Shown here piece after piece: positions 8,303-17,180 of a DNA stretch of 64,000 bases; positions within the stretch are counted from its first letter, which is position 1, and the number at the start of each line of letters is the position of its first letter. The stretch comes from an uncultured Ruminococcus sp. (GTDB taxonomy: Bacteria > Bacillota > Clostridia > Oscillospirales > Ruminococcaceae). The notes below the pieces were generated by a model that was not told where the DNA came from, ran no database searches, and saw nothing but the letters and a program-made list of their open reading frames with translations. A program made the translations under genes and the position numbers. The stretch lies in the NCBI GenBank assembly GCA_964644275.1, contig CAZXVI010000006.1, positions 8,423 through 72,422 of the forward strand, given 5' to 3'.

Positions 8303-8343
8303 AATATACCCTGAGAAGAAAAAATTCTCAGGGTATATTTTTT
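8303..8343. terminator. Bidirectional hairpin terminator between convergent genes
   Basis: A 15-bp perfect stem pairs AATATACCCTGAGAA with TTCTCAGGGTATATT around a 7-nt loop, followed by TTTT. It is homologous to the hairpin at 1892-1933. Confidence 0.7.
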
Positions 8344-8375
8344 ATGGCAGCCTCATGAACTACATGGGGCTATTG

Positions 8376-9176
8376 TTATGCCTGCTCAAAAAAGCCGAAT
8401 TTTTCCATGGCCAGGTAAATTCCGTCATGCCGCAGATCCTCCGTCACAAAATCTGCATAGGGAATCAGCTTCTCGCCGTTGCCCATGGCTATGGATGTGC
8501 CGGCAGCTTCAAACATGGGCAAATCATTCAGGCTGTCGCCAATGGCGTAGGCATCCGCTTTCTGCAATCCGTGGTGACGGAGCACAAATTCCATTCCAAG
8601 TCCCTTGGAACAGTTCAGAGGATGCATTTCTGCAAAGCCCCATCCTCTGTCCACAAAGGTAAAATAGGACGCAATCCCGGCTTTAAAGCCCTCCAGATCC
8701 GTTTTCTCATCATAGGCAATCACAAACTTGTCAAAGCCGAAATCTGCATCCTCCGTGCTGCGGTAAACATTTTTTTCCTGCATACGAAAGGTATCCCGGA
8801 TTTGCAGAATAAACGGAAGGGCTCTTGTCTCAGGATCAAAGAAAAAGCCGTCACGATGCTCATAGAGCGGCGCCGCATTGCAGTGGCGCACCAGCTCCGT
8901 CATTTCCCGGCAGACGGACAAGGGTACAGTCTGGTAGAACAGCTCCTGTCCTTCACATGCAATGTAAGTACCGCAGCCGCAGATATAGCCGTCAAAGCCC
9001 AGCACACGCACATCCTCATCCACATTCACCACAGGCCGGCCGGTATTGACATACAGCAGGTGCCCTGCCTCCCGTGCCTGCCGCAGAGCTCTGACCGTGC
9101 TTTCCGGCACAAAATGGGAAGGATTATCCTCCATCAGGGTACCGTCGATGTCAAAGAACATAATTTTCCGTGACAT
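8376..9176 (-). CDS. Cof-type HAD-IIB family phosphatase, last gene of the rib operon
   Basis: HAD motifs are FFDIDGTL (motif I), NTGRP (motif II) and GDSLNDLPMF (motif IV). Start ATG 9176 lies 1 nt after the ribH stop. The track's longer ORF overlaps ribH. Confidence 0.85.
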   Translation of the reverse strand: MSRKIMFFDIDGTLMEDNPSHFVPESTVRALRQAREAGHLLYVNTGRPVVNVDEDVRVLGFDGYICGCGTYIACEGQELFYQTVPLSVCREMTELVRHCNAAPLYEHRDGFFFDPETRALPFILQIRDTFRMQEKNVYRSTEDADFGFDKFVIAYDEKTDLEGFKAGIASYFTFVDRGWGFAEMHPLNCSKGLGMEFVLRHHGLQKADAYAIGDSLNDLPMFEAAGTSIAMGNGEKLIPYADFVTEDLRHDGIYLAMEKFGFFEQA

Positions 9177-9177
9177 A

Positions 9178-9639
9178 TTAAACCTGCTTGAGGAGATGCA
9201 CCAGCTCCAGGGCGGACATTGCACAGTCGTACCCCTTGTTGCCTGCCTTGGTACCTGCACGTTCGATGGCCTGCTCAATGGTATCGGTTGTCAGTACACC
9301 GAAGAGCACGGGAACTTCGGTCTCCAGAGAAACGGTCGCAATGCCCTTGGATACCTCGGCGCATACATAGTCGTAGTGGGAGGTAGAGCCTCTGATAACG
9401 GCACCAACACAGATAATGGCGTCATAGCTGCCGGATTTTGCCAGTTTTTTGGCTGCCAGAGGAATTTCAAAAGCGCCGGGCACCCATGCCAGTGTAATAT
9501 TCTCGTCCGCAACACCGTGGCGAACCAGGCAATCCTGGGCTCCGCCGATGAGCTTTGAGGTGATGAATTCATTGAAACGGGATGCCACAATTGCAATTTT
9601 CAGTCCGTGGCCGCTGTAGTTTCCTTCTAATGTTTTCAT
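9178..9639 (-). CDS. ribH: 6,7-dimethyl-8-ribityllumazine synthase
   Basis: 153 aa; [44 protein letters not shown] is RibH-type. Confidence 0.95.
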   Translation of the reverse strand: MKTLEGNYSGHGLKIAIVASRFNEFITSKLIGGAQDCLVRHGVADENITLAWVPGAFEIPLAAKKLAKSGSYDAIICVGAVIRGSTSHYDYVCAEVSKGIATVSLETEVPVLFGVLTTDTIEQAIERAGTKAGNKGYDCAMSALELVHLLKQV

Positions 9640-9667
9640 AATTTGATTCCTTTCATTTTAGGGTTAA

Positions 9668-10873
9668 TTATTGTTCGGGTACATCAATCATGTGCCCCAT
9701 TTTTTCCTGCTTGGTGCGCAAGTAGAAGAGGTTCTCTGCTTTTGGTGGGATCTCAATGGGTTCTCTGGCAGCAATGGTAATGCCATAATCGGACAGGTCG
9801 GTGATTTTCTCCGGGTTATTGGTCATAATCCGCAGCTGTACCGCTCCCAGATCCTTGAGAATCTGGGCACCCTCACTGTAATCCCGCAGATCGGGAGCAA
9901 AGCCAAGCTCTACATTGGCTTCCACTGTATCCCTGCCGTGCTCCTGAAGATCGTAGGCCTTGATTTTATTCAGCAGGCCGATTCCTCTGCCCTCCTGTCG
10001 GAGATAGACCAGAATGCCTCTCCCCTCCTTTGCAATGCGTTTCATGGCAGAGTCCAGCTGTTCGCCGCAGTCGCAGCGGCTGGAACCGAACACATCCCCT
10101 GTCAGACATTCAGAATGCACTCTGCAAAGCACCGGCGCACCGTCTGCCACATTTCCCATGACCAGAGCAACATGCTCCCTTCCGGTAATCCGGTTGTGGT
10201 AGCCGTAAATCTGGAAATTCCCATATTTGGTGGGGAGATGGGCATGGGATACACGTTCCATGAAGGTATCATGCATCCGCCGGTATTTCTGAAGCTCCTT
10301 GATCGTGATGAACACCAGATCGTGACGCTTGGCAAATGCTGTGAGTTCTGTCAGTCGCATCATGGTGCCATCGTCCGCCATAATTTCACAGCAAAGGCCG
10401 CATGGCTCCAGTCCTGCAAGGCGCATGAGATCGACAGTGGCCTCCGTATGACCGTTGCGTTCCAATACGCCGCCGGGTCTGGCTTCCAGAGGGAACATAT
10501 GACCGGGACGACGGAAATCCGCCGGTGCCGCATCCCTCTCCACACACATCCGGGCAGTCAGTCCCCGCTCCTCTGCAGAAATTCCTGTTGTTGTCCGCAC
10601 ATGATCAATGGACTCTGTGAAGGCTGTACAATGGTTATCGGTGTTATTGGTCACCATCTGCCGCAGTCCCAGCTTCCGGATATAGCTGCTGTCCATGGGC
10701 ATGCAGATTAATCCTTTGGCATGGCATGCCATAAAGTTGACATTTTCCGTTGTGGCAAACTGCGCCGCACAGATCAGATCGCCCTCATTCTCCCGGTCGG
10801 GATCGTCCGTGACCAGAATCAGCTTTCCCTCACGAAGTGCCTGCAGTGCCTGGGGTATTGTATGAAATTCCAT
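9668..10873 (-). CDS. ribBA: Bifunctional 3,4-dihydroxy-2-butanone-4-phosphate synthase / GTP cyclohydrolase II
   Basis: [13 protein letters not shown] is the DHBP synthase motif. [22 protein letters not shown] is the GCHII zinc site. Start is ATG 10873 ([10 protein letters not shown]). Confidence 0.95.
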   Translation of the reverse strand: MEFHTIPQALQALREGKLILVTDDPDRENEGDLICAAQFATTENVNFMACHAKGLICMPMDSSYIRKLGLRQMVTNNTDNHCTAFTESIDHVRTTTGISAEERGLTARMCVERDAAPADFRRPGHMFPLEARPGGVLERNGHTEATVDLMRLAGLEPCGLCCEIMADDGTMMRLTELTAFAKRHDLVFITIKELQKYRRMHDTFMERVSHAHLPTKYGNFQIYGYHNRITGREHVALVMGNVADGAPVLCRVHSECLTGDVFGSSRCDCGEQLDSAMKRIAKEGRGILVYLRQEGRGIGLLNKIKAYDLQEHGRDTVEANVELGFAPDLRDYSEGAQILKDLGAVQLRIMTNNPEKITDLSDYGITIAAREPIEIPPKAENLFYLRTKQEKMGHMIDVPEQ

Positions 10874-10890
10874 CTTTCGCTCCTTGTTTC

Positions 10891-11532
10891 TCAGGCAAAG
10901 CCGTGCTCGGCAAGGAATGCAGCTGTTATACCGCTGCCGGATGTTTCCCTGCTGCAAAGCTTCTCCACGTATTTTCCAATGATATCACACTCCAGATTCA
11001 CCGGATCCCCCGGTTTCTTCCGGAGCAATGTGGTCTGGGCACCGGTATGGGGAATGACAGAGACTGCAAAATCTGTTTCGCTGATCTTAGCCACTGTCAG
11101 GCTGATGCCGTCAATGGCAACCGAGCCTTTTTCCACAATATAATGCAGCACCTGGGGTGAAGCCGCAATGGTCACCCAGACAGCATTATCATCCCTTCTC
11201 ATGGCAGAAACCGTCCCTGTACCATCAATATGTCCGGAAACAATGTGACCGCCGAACCTTCCATCCGCCGCCATGGCACGTTCCAGATTGACAGGACTGC
11301 CTGGAATCAGACTGCCGAGATTGGTGCGCTGCATAGTTTCCGGCATGACATCCGCCGAGAAGCAGCTGCCGTCATAACGGCATACGGTCAGGCAGGTACC
11401 GTTTACGGCAATGCTGTCACCCACATGAATGTCTTCCAGCACGGTATGAGCATTGACGGTCAGTATGCAGGATCCGGAACCCCGGCGGATATCCCGGATA
11501 ATTCCGATTTCTTCTACGATTCCTGTAAACAT
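10891..11532 (-). CDS. ribE: Riboflavin synthase
   Basis: [10 protein letters not shown], plus an internal repeat with [10 protein letters not shown], typical of the riboflavin synthase alpha chain. Confidence 0.95.
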   Translation of the reverse strand: MFTGIVEEIGIIRDIRRGSGSCILTVNAHTVLEDIHVGDSIAVNGTCLTVCRYDGSCFSADVMPETMQRTNLGSLIPGSPVNLERAMAADGRFGGHIVSGHIDGTGTVSAMRRDDNAVWVTIAASPQVLHYIVEKGSVAIDGISLTVAKISETDFAVSVIPHTGAQTTLLRKKPGDPVNLECDIIGKYVEKLCSRETSGSGITAAFLAEHGFA

Positions 11533-12623
11533 TTGCTCGCCTCCATATCATATTCCAGGAGGATATCATCTCCGAAACGGCGGATGCTCGGACTGCTCAG
11601 CTGGTAGGCCTCCTCCGGGCTTGATACACCAAGACCTCCGACGGCAGTTTTGGCAGAAATGCCGCCGAAAATTTTCGGTGCGATATAGATCTGCACATGC
11701 TGCACAATGCCGCTTCGCAGGGCTGCCTCATGGAGAGCGGATCCTCCCTCCAGAAGAATGCTGTCCAGCTCCATATCGCCAATAATACGGATGAGAGCAC
11801 GCAGATCCACATGGCCGTCTTCGGAGGGAAGCTGCAGAACATGAACGCCGAAGGCTTCCAGCTTTTCACATTTTCTCCGATCCATACGGCAGGCAGCAAC
11901 ATAGGTGGGAATTTCATGGGCTGTCAGCACCAGCTTGCAGTCAAGAGGAATCTGCAGATTGGTATCGCAGACAAAGCGCACAGGATTTCTGCCGTTTTCA
12001 ATCCGGCAGCTGAGCGTGGGGTCGTCCGCAAGAACAGTGCCGATGCCCACCATAATTGCTGCCACACGGTTCCTGGTTTCATGCACATGACGGCGTGACG
12101 CCTCATTGGTAATCCACTGAGACAGTCCGGCTCTTGTTGCCGTCTTGCCGTCCGCCGTCATGGCAGTTTTCAGAATACAGTAGGGCATCCGGGTACGGAT
12201 GTAATGGAAGAAGATATGGTTGATGGCATCGCAATCCTCTTTGCAGAAATGCCGGATGACTTCTATTCCTGCCGCTTCCAGCTGAGCAAGACCTTTGCCG
12301 GCAACCAATGGGTTGGGATCATCGGAGCCTACAAATACCCTGGCAATGCCGCTCCCGATCAGCGCCTCGGTGCAGGGCGGATTCTTGCCATAATGACAGC
12401 ATGGCTCCAGAGTCACATACATAGTTGCTCCTCTGGGATCCTCCCTGCAGTTTGCCAATGCGTTGCGCTCTGCATGGGGCATGCCGTAGCATTCATGGTA
12501 ACCCTCACCGATGATTCTGCCATTTTTGACGATGACAGCGCCCACAAGGGGATTGGGATTCACTCTGCCGATTCCCCGCTGTGCCAGAACAACAGCCCGC
12601 TGCATGTACTGCACATCCGTCAT
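11514..12623 (-). CDS. ribD: Bifunctional diaminohydroxyphosphoribosylaminopyrimidine deaminase / 5-amino-6-(5-phosphoribosylamino)uracil reductase
   Basis: HAERNAL..TLEPCCHYGKNPPC is the CDA zinc site; a reductase domain follows. The start is most likely ATG 12623 (or 12629) after GTGAGGAA. The track start at 12665 lies in the riboswitch terminator. Confidence 0.9.
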   Translation of the reverse strand: MTDVQYMQRAVVLAQRGIGRVNPNPLVGAVIVKNGRIIGEGYHECYGMPHAERNALANCREDPRGATMYVTLEPCCHYGKNPPCTEALIGSGIARVFVGSDDPNPLVAGKGLAQLEAAGIEVIRHFCKEDCDAINHIFFHYIRTRMPYCILKTAMTADGKTATRAGLSQWITNEASRRHVHETRNRVAAIMVGIGTVLADDPTLSCRIENGRNPVRFVCDTNLQIPLDCKLVLTAHEIPTYVAACRMDRRKCEKLEAFGVHVLQLPSEDGHVDLRALIRIIGDMELDSILLEGGSALHEAALRSGIVQHVQIYIAPKIFGGISAKTAVGGLGVSSPEEAYQLSSPSIRRFGDDILLEYDMEASKCLQES

Positions 12624-12644
12624 ATACATTTCCTCACTTTCATG

Positions 12645-12676
12645 AAAAAATACCCCGAATTTCACTTCGGGGTATC
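12645..12676 (-). terminator. Intrinsic terminator of the FMN riboswitch expression platform
   Basis: The minus strand reads ATACCCCGAA-GTGAAA-TTCGGGGTAT followed by TTTTTT, immediately upstream of the ribD RBS. Confidence 0.8.
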
Positions 12677-12690
12677 ATAGGAACATCATC

Positions 12691-12814
12691 ATTCTTCTCC
12701 CATCCGGACTATACCGTCGGTTTCGGATTCTCACCGAATCAACCCCTGTAAGGCTCACGGACTTAGGCATACACCATCACCGTCGGTTATGAGTTACACA
12801 TACCCCGAAGAATA
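12691..12814 (-). promoter_or_regulatory. FMN riboswitch (RFN element) aptamer
   Basis: The minus strand contains TTCTTCGGGG..ACCGACGGTGA..AGTCCGTGAGCC..GATTCGGTGAGAATCCGAAACCGACGGTATAGTCCGGATGGGAGAAGAA. This matches the conserved RFN core and P1 closure, upstream of a rib operon. Confidence 0.9.
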
Positions 12815-12830
12815 CAATTACACTTTTTAT

Positions 12831-12859
12831 ATTATACTCCACGATCTGCCGTTTGTCAA
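12831..12859 (-). promoter_or_regulatory. Consensus sigmaA promoter of the rib operon
   Basis: The minus strand reads TTGACA (12859-12854), a 17-nt spacer, then TATAAT (12836-12831). Confidence 0.75.
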
Positions 12860-12885
12860 GCCTTTGTTTCCCAGGGACACAGATC

Positions 12886-13485
12886 TCAGCCTGCTTCTGC
12901 TCCGTCAGCAGCAGAATCCACAGCCGGAGGCTCAGGCTCCGTCGGTACAGCCGGCGGTACCGTCTCCTGCACAGGAGGATTCGTTGGTGCATCCGTAGGC
13001 GTCACAACTTCAGCGGGAATTGTCTCACTTGCCATAGGAATATCCGTGTTTTCCGGAGGATCGACAATTTCCGGTGCGGTGGAAACCGGTTCGTGCCACT
13101 CTTCCGGGGGAGTTGTTGTCACAACAACTGGCTGCACAGGCTGGGTAGGATTCTCTACCGGGTCCTGATAAGCCGGTGACTGGGTGGAGGGCGCATCGCT
13201 CCACTGCTCATCAATGGGCTTTGTCTCATCGTCCAGATCCGCTTCCCAGGTAGAAAGCGGATGGGAATCGCTTGCTGTCTGTAAATCCTCAGTTGCATCA
13301 GCCGTTTCCTCCGATGCATTCTGAGATGTGGTTTCCGGATTCTCTGCACTGTATTTCTGGGGGTCAATGGGGAACATCATCAGAAACAGCAATATCAGAC
13401 CAACCAATGCCAGAAAGCACACACATGCAATTACAGTGATTTTTGTTGATTTCTGAAGACCGGATATCATGTTTGGAATATTCAT
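12886..13485 (-). CDS. Membrane-anchored acidic Pro/Thr/Glu-rich protein (hypothetical)
   Basis: The N-terminal anchor is ITVIACVCFLALVGLILLFLMMF. The rest is low-complexity P/T/E/A-rich (..PTQPVQPVVVTTTPPEEWHEPVSTAPEIVDPPENTD..). It sits 32 nt downstream of the AraC gene on the same strand. Confidence 0.55.
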   Translation of the reverse strand: MNIPNMISGLQKSTKITVIACVCFLALVGLILLFLMMFPIDPQKYSAENPETTSQNASEETADATEDLQTASDSHPLSTWEADLDDETKPIDEQWSDAPSTQSPAYQDPVENPTQPVQPVVVTTTPPEEWHEPVSTAPEIVDPPENTDIPMASETIPAEVVTPTDAPTNPPVQETVPPAVPTEPEPPAVDSAADGAEAG

Positions 13486-13517
13486 AGCTTGCTTTTCTCT
13501 CCTTCGGCACTGTATCT

Positions 13518-14381
13518 TTACTGTCTGCCTTTATTGTTATTGTTTTTTTTCATTTTTCTGCCTGTCATATCCGACAGGGCATAGGATTGCTGGTATACAC
13601 GCCGGTAAGCTGTCGGTGTCATTCCGGCATGGCGTTTGAACTGCCGCATAAAATAAACATCCGACTCAAAACCGCTCCTCTGGGATATCTCTGTAATTGC
13701 CAGATCCGTCCGTTCCAGCAGCTGCTTGGAACAGGCAATCCTGCTCTCTATGACATCCTGTGTACAGGATGTACCGAAAGCCATAAGATATATTTTGTGA
13801 AAATAAGGACGGCTGATACATAGGCGGTTGCAGATATCCTGAATATACCAGCTTTTCTCCGGGTGCTGATATATTTCACTGCGCAGCTGGACTAATTTCT
13901 CATAGTGCGGAATATGCACCGCTCTCTCCGAATGCTGGATGTTCTGCAAAAGCAGGCAAAGCATCAATTCCAGCGAGGTACGGGCAATTTCCTGTTCCAG
14001 TGCTGATGCTGCATCCTTGACAGATGCCAGGATTTTAAAAATTTCCATTATCGCAAGGGGCTGCATTGCCAGATGTTCCATGCGGTAAGTCAGTCCGTTA
14101 TGCTGGAGCTGCTGCTGATAACTGTTTGTCACACGCAGATGAAGCCAGCTGAAAACTGCAGTGTCCTGCAGTACAATTTGTAAAATACCATTTTCAAAGG
14201 GGTAAAGCGCAAAAGTAAAGGGCTGGAAATGATAGGACTGTTGATTCACCATCACAACAGCCGGGCTGTGAAACAGCAGCAATACAAGTTCTTGTCCTGT
14301 TTCTTTTTCAAACAGCTGCAATGATCCACCCTGATTGCGCTGACCGCAGTCAATAAGTACTGCCCGCTCGGATTGTACCAT
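13518..14381 (-). CDS. AraC family transcriptional regulator
   Basis: A C-terminal dual HTH is present (IQDICNRLCISRPYFHKIYLMAFGTS..ITEISQRSGFESDVYFMRQFKRHAGMTPTAYRR). Confidence 0.85.
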   Translation of the reverse strand: MVQSERAVLIDCGQRNQGGSLQLFEKETGQELVLLLFHSPAVVMVNQQSYHFQPFTFALYPFENGILQIVLQDTAVFSWLHLRVTNSYQQQLQHNGLTYRMEHLAMQPLAIMEIFKILASVKDAASALEQEIARTSLELMLCLLLQNIQHSERAVHIPHYEKLVQLRSEIYQHPEKSWYIQDICNRLCISRPYFHKIYLMAFGTSCTQDVIESRIACSKQLLERTDLAITEISQRSGFESDVYFMRQFKRHAGMTPTAYRRVYQQSYALSDMTGRKMKKNNNNKGRQ

Positions 14382-14611
14382 AATGCGACTCCCTTTCCTA
14401 TATTAGCCCCTATTTTATTATCATACTACTTTTTACTATTTTTGTCAACACCATTTGAATGTTCGGAGTGGCTAAATGCGTTGTTAAAGAAAATTGATCA
14501 CTGAAAAGGCTATTCACCATTTTGATAATGTTGTCGGTATTGATGCCCTATAGAATCCAAATCCTCCGAACTGTAATAGATATTGCAGTTTGCAGGACTC
14601 GTATAAAACCA

Positions 14612-14640
14612 TTGCAATCCGCCAAAAAGTATGCTATAAT
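14612..14640 (+). promoter_or_regulatory. SigmaA-type promoter of the 14673 operon
   Basis: TTGCAA (14612-14617), a 17-nt spacer, then TATAAT (14635-14640) with TGc extended -10. Confidence 0.6.
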
Positions 14641-14672
14641 GAGGCAAAGACTGCCAGAAAGGAGGCGTTTCC

Positions 14673-15509
14673 ATGCGATCGCTCATCCAGCAATACCATC
14701 CCATCACTGCTACGCCATTCCGGAATGATGAAACCTACTGTGAGCTTACACCATGCAGCGCTTTACAACCCTATATCCGATGCTTCTGGGGCACAAGGCA
14801 TCCTGTTGCAAGCGGACTGACACCCATTGCAGATGAGCTTGTCATCCCCGATACTTGCATGGACATCATCTTTGACATCGACTACACACGGAACAGCTGC
14901 AGCGGGTTCTTCTGCGCACTGGATGAGCATTCCTACCACTCCCATGGCACAAACAGCGGAACTCTGACAGCCACCTTTGCCATTCGCTTCTATGCATGGA
15001 CGGCAATTCTCTTTGCTGAGCAGGATTTCCAGGAAAGCAGGAACCAAAGCTTCTGCTTGGATACATTCTATCATGAGCTCAGGTCCGATCTGGAGCCGCT
15101 GCTGTTCGATATGCCGTCCCTCCGTGAAAAAGCAGAAATTGCAGAGAAATTTCTGCTGAACAGGCTCCGGCTGAACCGCATCAATCCTGATCTTATGAAT
15201 GCCATCCACCATATGCTCGATACCAGCGGACGGGCAAGGATCTCCGATCTCTGCGGCTATACTGCTGTATCGGAAAAACAGCTGGAGCGTATGTTCCGAT
15301 ATAATATGGGGGTTTCACCGAAGACCTTTTCTTCCCTGCTCCGCTATCAGCTTCTGTGGCAGGATATGGTATTCCGTTCTGATTTCAATGTGCTGGATGC
15401 TGTGGAACAATACGGCTACACCGACCAGTCCCATCTGCTGCATGACTTTAAAAAACGGCACCTGATGACACCAAAACAGGCGGTGGAATTTGCAATGCAA
15501 AGAAGATAA
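14673..15509 (+). CDS. AraC-type HTH transcriptional regulator with a non-cupin N-terminal domain
   Basis: The C-terminal segment ISDLCGYTAVSEKQLERMFRYNMGVSPKTFSSLLRYQ..YGYTDQSHLLHDFKKRHLMTPKQ is AraC-type. The N-terminal domain (LQPYIRCFWGT..VIPDTCMDIIF) is of unknown function. Confidence 0.8.
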   Translation: MRSLIQQYHPITATPFRNDETYCELTPCSALQPYIRCFWGTRHPVASGLTPIADELVIPDTCMDIIFDIDYTRNSCSGFFCALDEHSYHSHGTNSGTLTATFAIRFYAWTAILFAEQDFQESRNQSFCLDTFYHELRSDLEPLLFDMPSLREKAEIAEKFLLNRLRLNRINPDLMNAIHHMLDTSGRARISDLCGYTAVSEKQLERMFRYNMGVSPKTFSSLLRYQLLWQDMVFRSDFNVLDAVEQYGYTDQSHLLHDFKKRHLMTPKQAVEFAMQRR

Positions 15510-15582
15510 TGTCGTTTTTTTACAAGACAGATTTTATTCCTTGTGTTATACTGTTTTCAGTACTACAATTCGGGAGGTTACC

Positions 15583-16500
15583 ATGAATACATTTGAAAAA
15601 GCAAGAAATTTTATCTATCGCAATGCGCGTCCCCTTGACCTGGCACGCTGGCAGTTTCATTTTGAAAATGGCAGTATTGAAGGTGTTCTGCAATCACTGG
15701 CTGCTTATCAGAATGCGGACGGGGGGTTCGGGCATGCTCTGGAGGCCGATTGCTGGAATCCCCACTCCTCGCCCATCCAGACATGGGCAGCAACAGAAGT
15801 TCTGCACGAAACCGGATTTACCGATGCCGCACATCCCATCATTACAGGAATTCTGCACTATCTGGAAAGCGGCGCGGATTTTGATACACCCCATAATCAA
15901 TGGATGAACACTGTTCCGGACAACAATAACTTTCCACATGCGATCTGGTGGGAGTACAATGGAAATGGCGAGTTCCGTTACAACCCCACAGCAGCACTGG
16001 CAGGATTTGCTGTACGATTTGCAGACAGGCACTCCGCCCTTTATGAAACAGGATGTACTATTGCCAGGCAGGCTGCGGACTGGTTCATGGACCAGGAGCC
16101 ATTTGAAGAAATGCATGTGACAAACTGTTTTGTACGGCTGTATGAATACCTGTGTGAAGCCAAGGTAAAGCTCACAGATATGGCGCTGTTCAAGGAAAAA
16201 CTGATACAGCAGGTGAACTACAATATCTGCAGAGCGCCTGAAAAATGGGGAACGGAGTACGTTACCAAGCCATCCGAGCTGATCCGTTCCCGTGACGATA
16301 TGTTCTATGGGGATAATGCAGAACTTGCAGAGTTGGAATGTGATTTCATTATCCAGAGCCAGCTTCCCGACGGCGCATATCCTGTTACATGGGAGTGGTA
16401 TACGGATGACAAGGAATTCGAGGTAGCGGCAAACTGGTGGAAAGGAAATTTAGTGATTCGCAATATGCGATATCTGAAGGGGTTTGGAAAATTGCAATGA
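15583..16500 (+). CDS. Hypothetical protein, possibly alpha/alpha-toroid-like
   Basis: Start is ATG 15583 after GGGAGG. LAAYQNADGGFGHALE and QSQLPDGAYP resemble the Q-x-x-DGG(F/W) repeats of prenyltransferase/terpene-cyclase-type toroids. No specific family recognised. Confidence 0.7.
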   Translation: MNTFEKARNFIYRNARPLDLARWQFHFENGSIEGVLQSLAAYQNADGGFGHALEADCWNPHSSPIQTWAATEVLHETGFTDAAHPIITGILHYLESGADFDTPHNQWMNTVPDNNNFPHAIWWEYNGNGEFRYNPTAALAGFAVRFADRHSALYETGCTIARQAADWFMDQEPFEEMHVTNCFVRLYEYLCEAKVKLTDMALFKEKLIQQVNYNICRAPEKWGTEYVTKPSELIRSRDDMFYGDNAELAELECDFIIQSQLPDGAYPVTWEWYTDDKEFEVAANWWKGNLVIRNMRYLKGFGKLQ

Positions 16501-16904
16501 CGGATACAGAACATATCAAAAATGCCTTATCCAAGCTGAAATTCAACTGGCTTGACGAATACCTGCTTGCCAAAGCAGGCGTTACGAGAAATCTGCAAGG
16601 AGACTGGAACTGGATACGCTACTGCATAGCGGACAAGATGTTTGCAGCAGTTTGTCTTGACCACAAACTGAACCCTGTTTACATCACATTGAAGCTTACA
16701 CCTGCAGAGGGCGATTTTCTTCGTCAGCAGTATGCTGACATCATTCCCGGCTACTACATGAATAAGATGCACTGGAATTCCATAAAAGCTGACGGTGATG
16801 TTCCCGATGAGCTGCTGAAATCACTGCTGGACAAATCCTACGGACTGGTGCTCGGAAGCTTTAGCAAAAAGAAACAGCAGGAGATTGTAACACTTGCAGA
16901 ATAG
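16497..16904 (+). CDS. MmcQ/YjbR family DNA-binding protein
   Basis: ITLKLTPAEGDFLRQQYADIIPGYYMNKMHWNSI is YjbR-type. Its ATG overlaps the upstream stop (ATGA at 16497-16500), suggesting translational coupling. Confidence 0.8.
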   Translation: MTDTEHIKNALSKLKFNWLDEYLLAKAGVTRNLQGDWNWIRYCIADKMFAAVCLDHKLNPVYITLKLTPAEGDFLRQQYADIIPGYYMNKMHWNSIKADGDVPDELLKSLLDKSYGLVLGSFSKKKQQEIVTLAE

Positions 16905-16970
16905 AAATTCTCCTGACTTTATTTGACTTTTGAGCTGCGTCATACACATTCAGCGTCAGCTAAAAAAAGA

Positions 16971-17075
16971 ATGTTCAAAATCAGCGGCCATTCCCGTGAA
17001 TGCTATATTGACGGCATCTGGAACAAAGAGAATTCTGAGGAGTGGCTGACGGAAATTCAATTGCCTGTGGAATAG
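16971..17075 (+). pseudogene. Remnant of the C-terminus of a GyrI-like effector-binding domain gene
   Basis: The 34-codon ORF MFKISGHSRECYIDGIWNKENSEEWLTEIQLPVE* resembles the C-terminal end of GyrI-like domains. Compare ..EETYSEIWVPVERI* at the end of the next gene. No upstream remainder of a domain is present. Confidence 0.35.
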
Positions 17076-17180
17076 CACAAGCTGCCTTCGCAATAGACAG
17101 CCAAAAGCACAAAAAGTCGGGAGAAATTTGCAACTTTATGCTATAATGAAATTACAGTCAGGGAGAAAGGAATTACCAGT

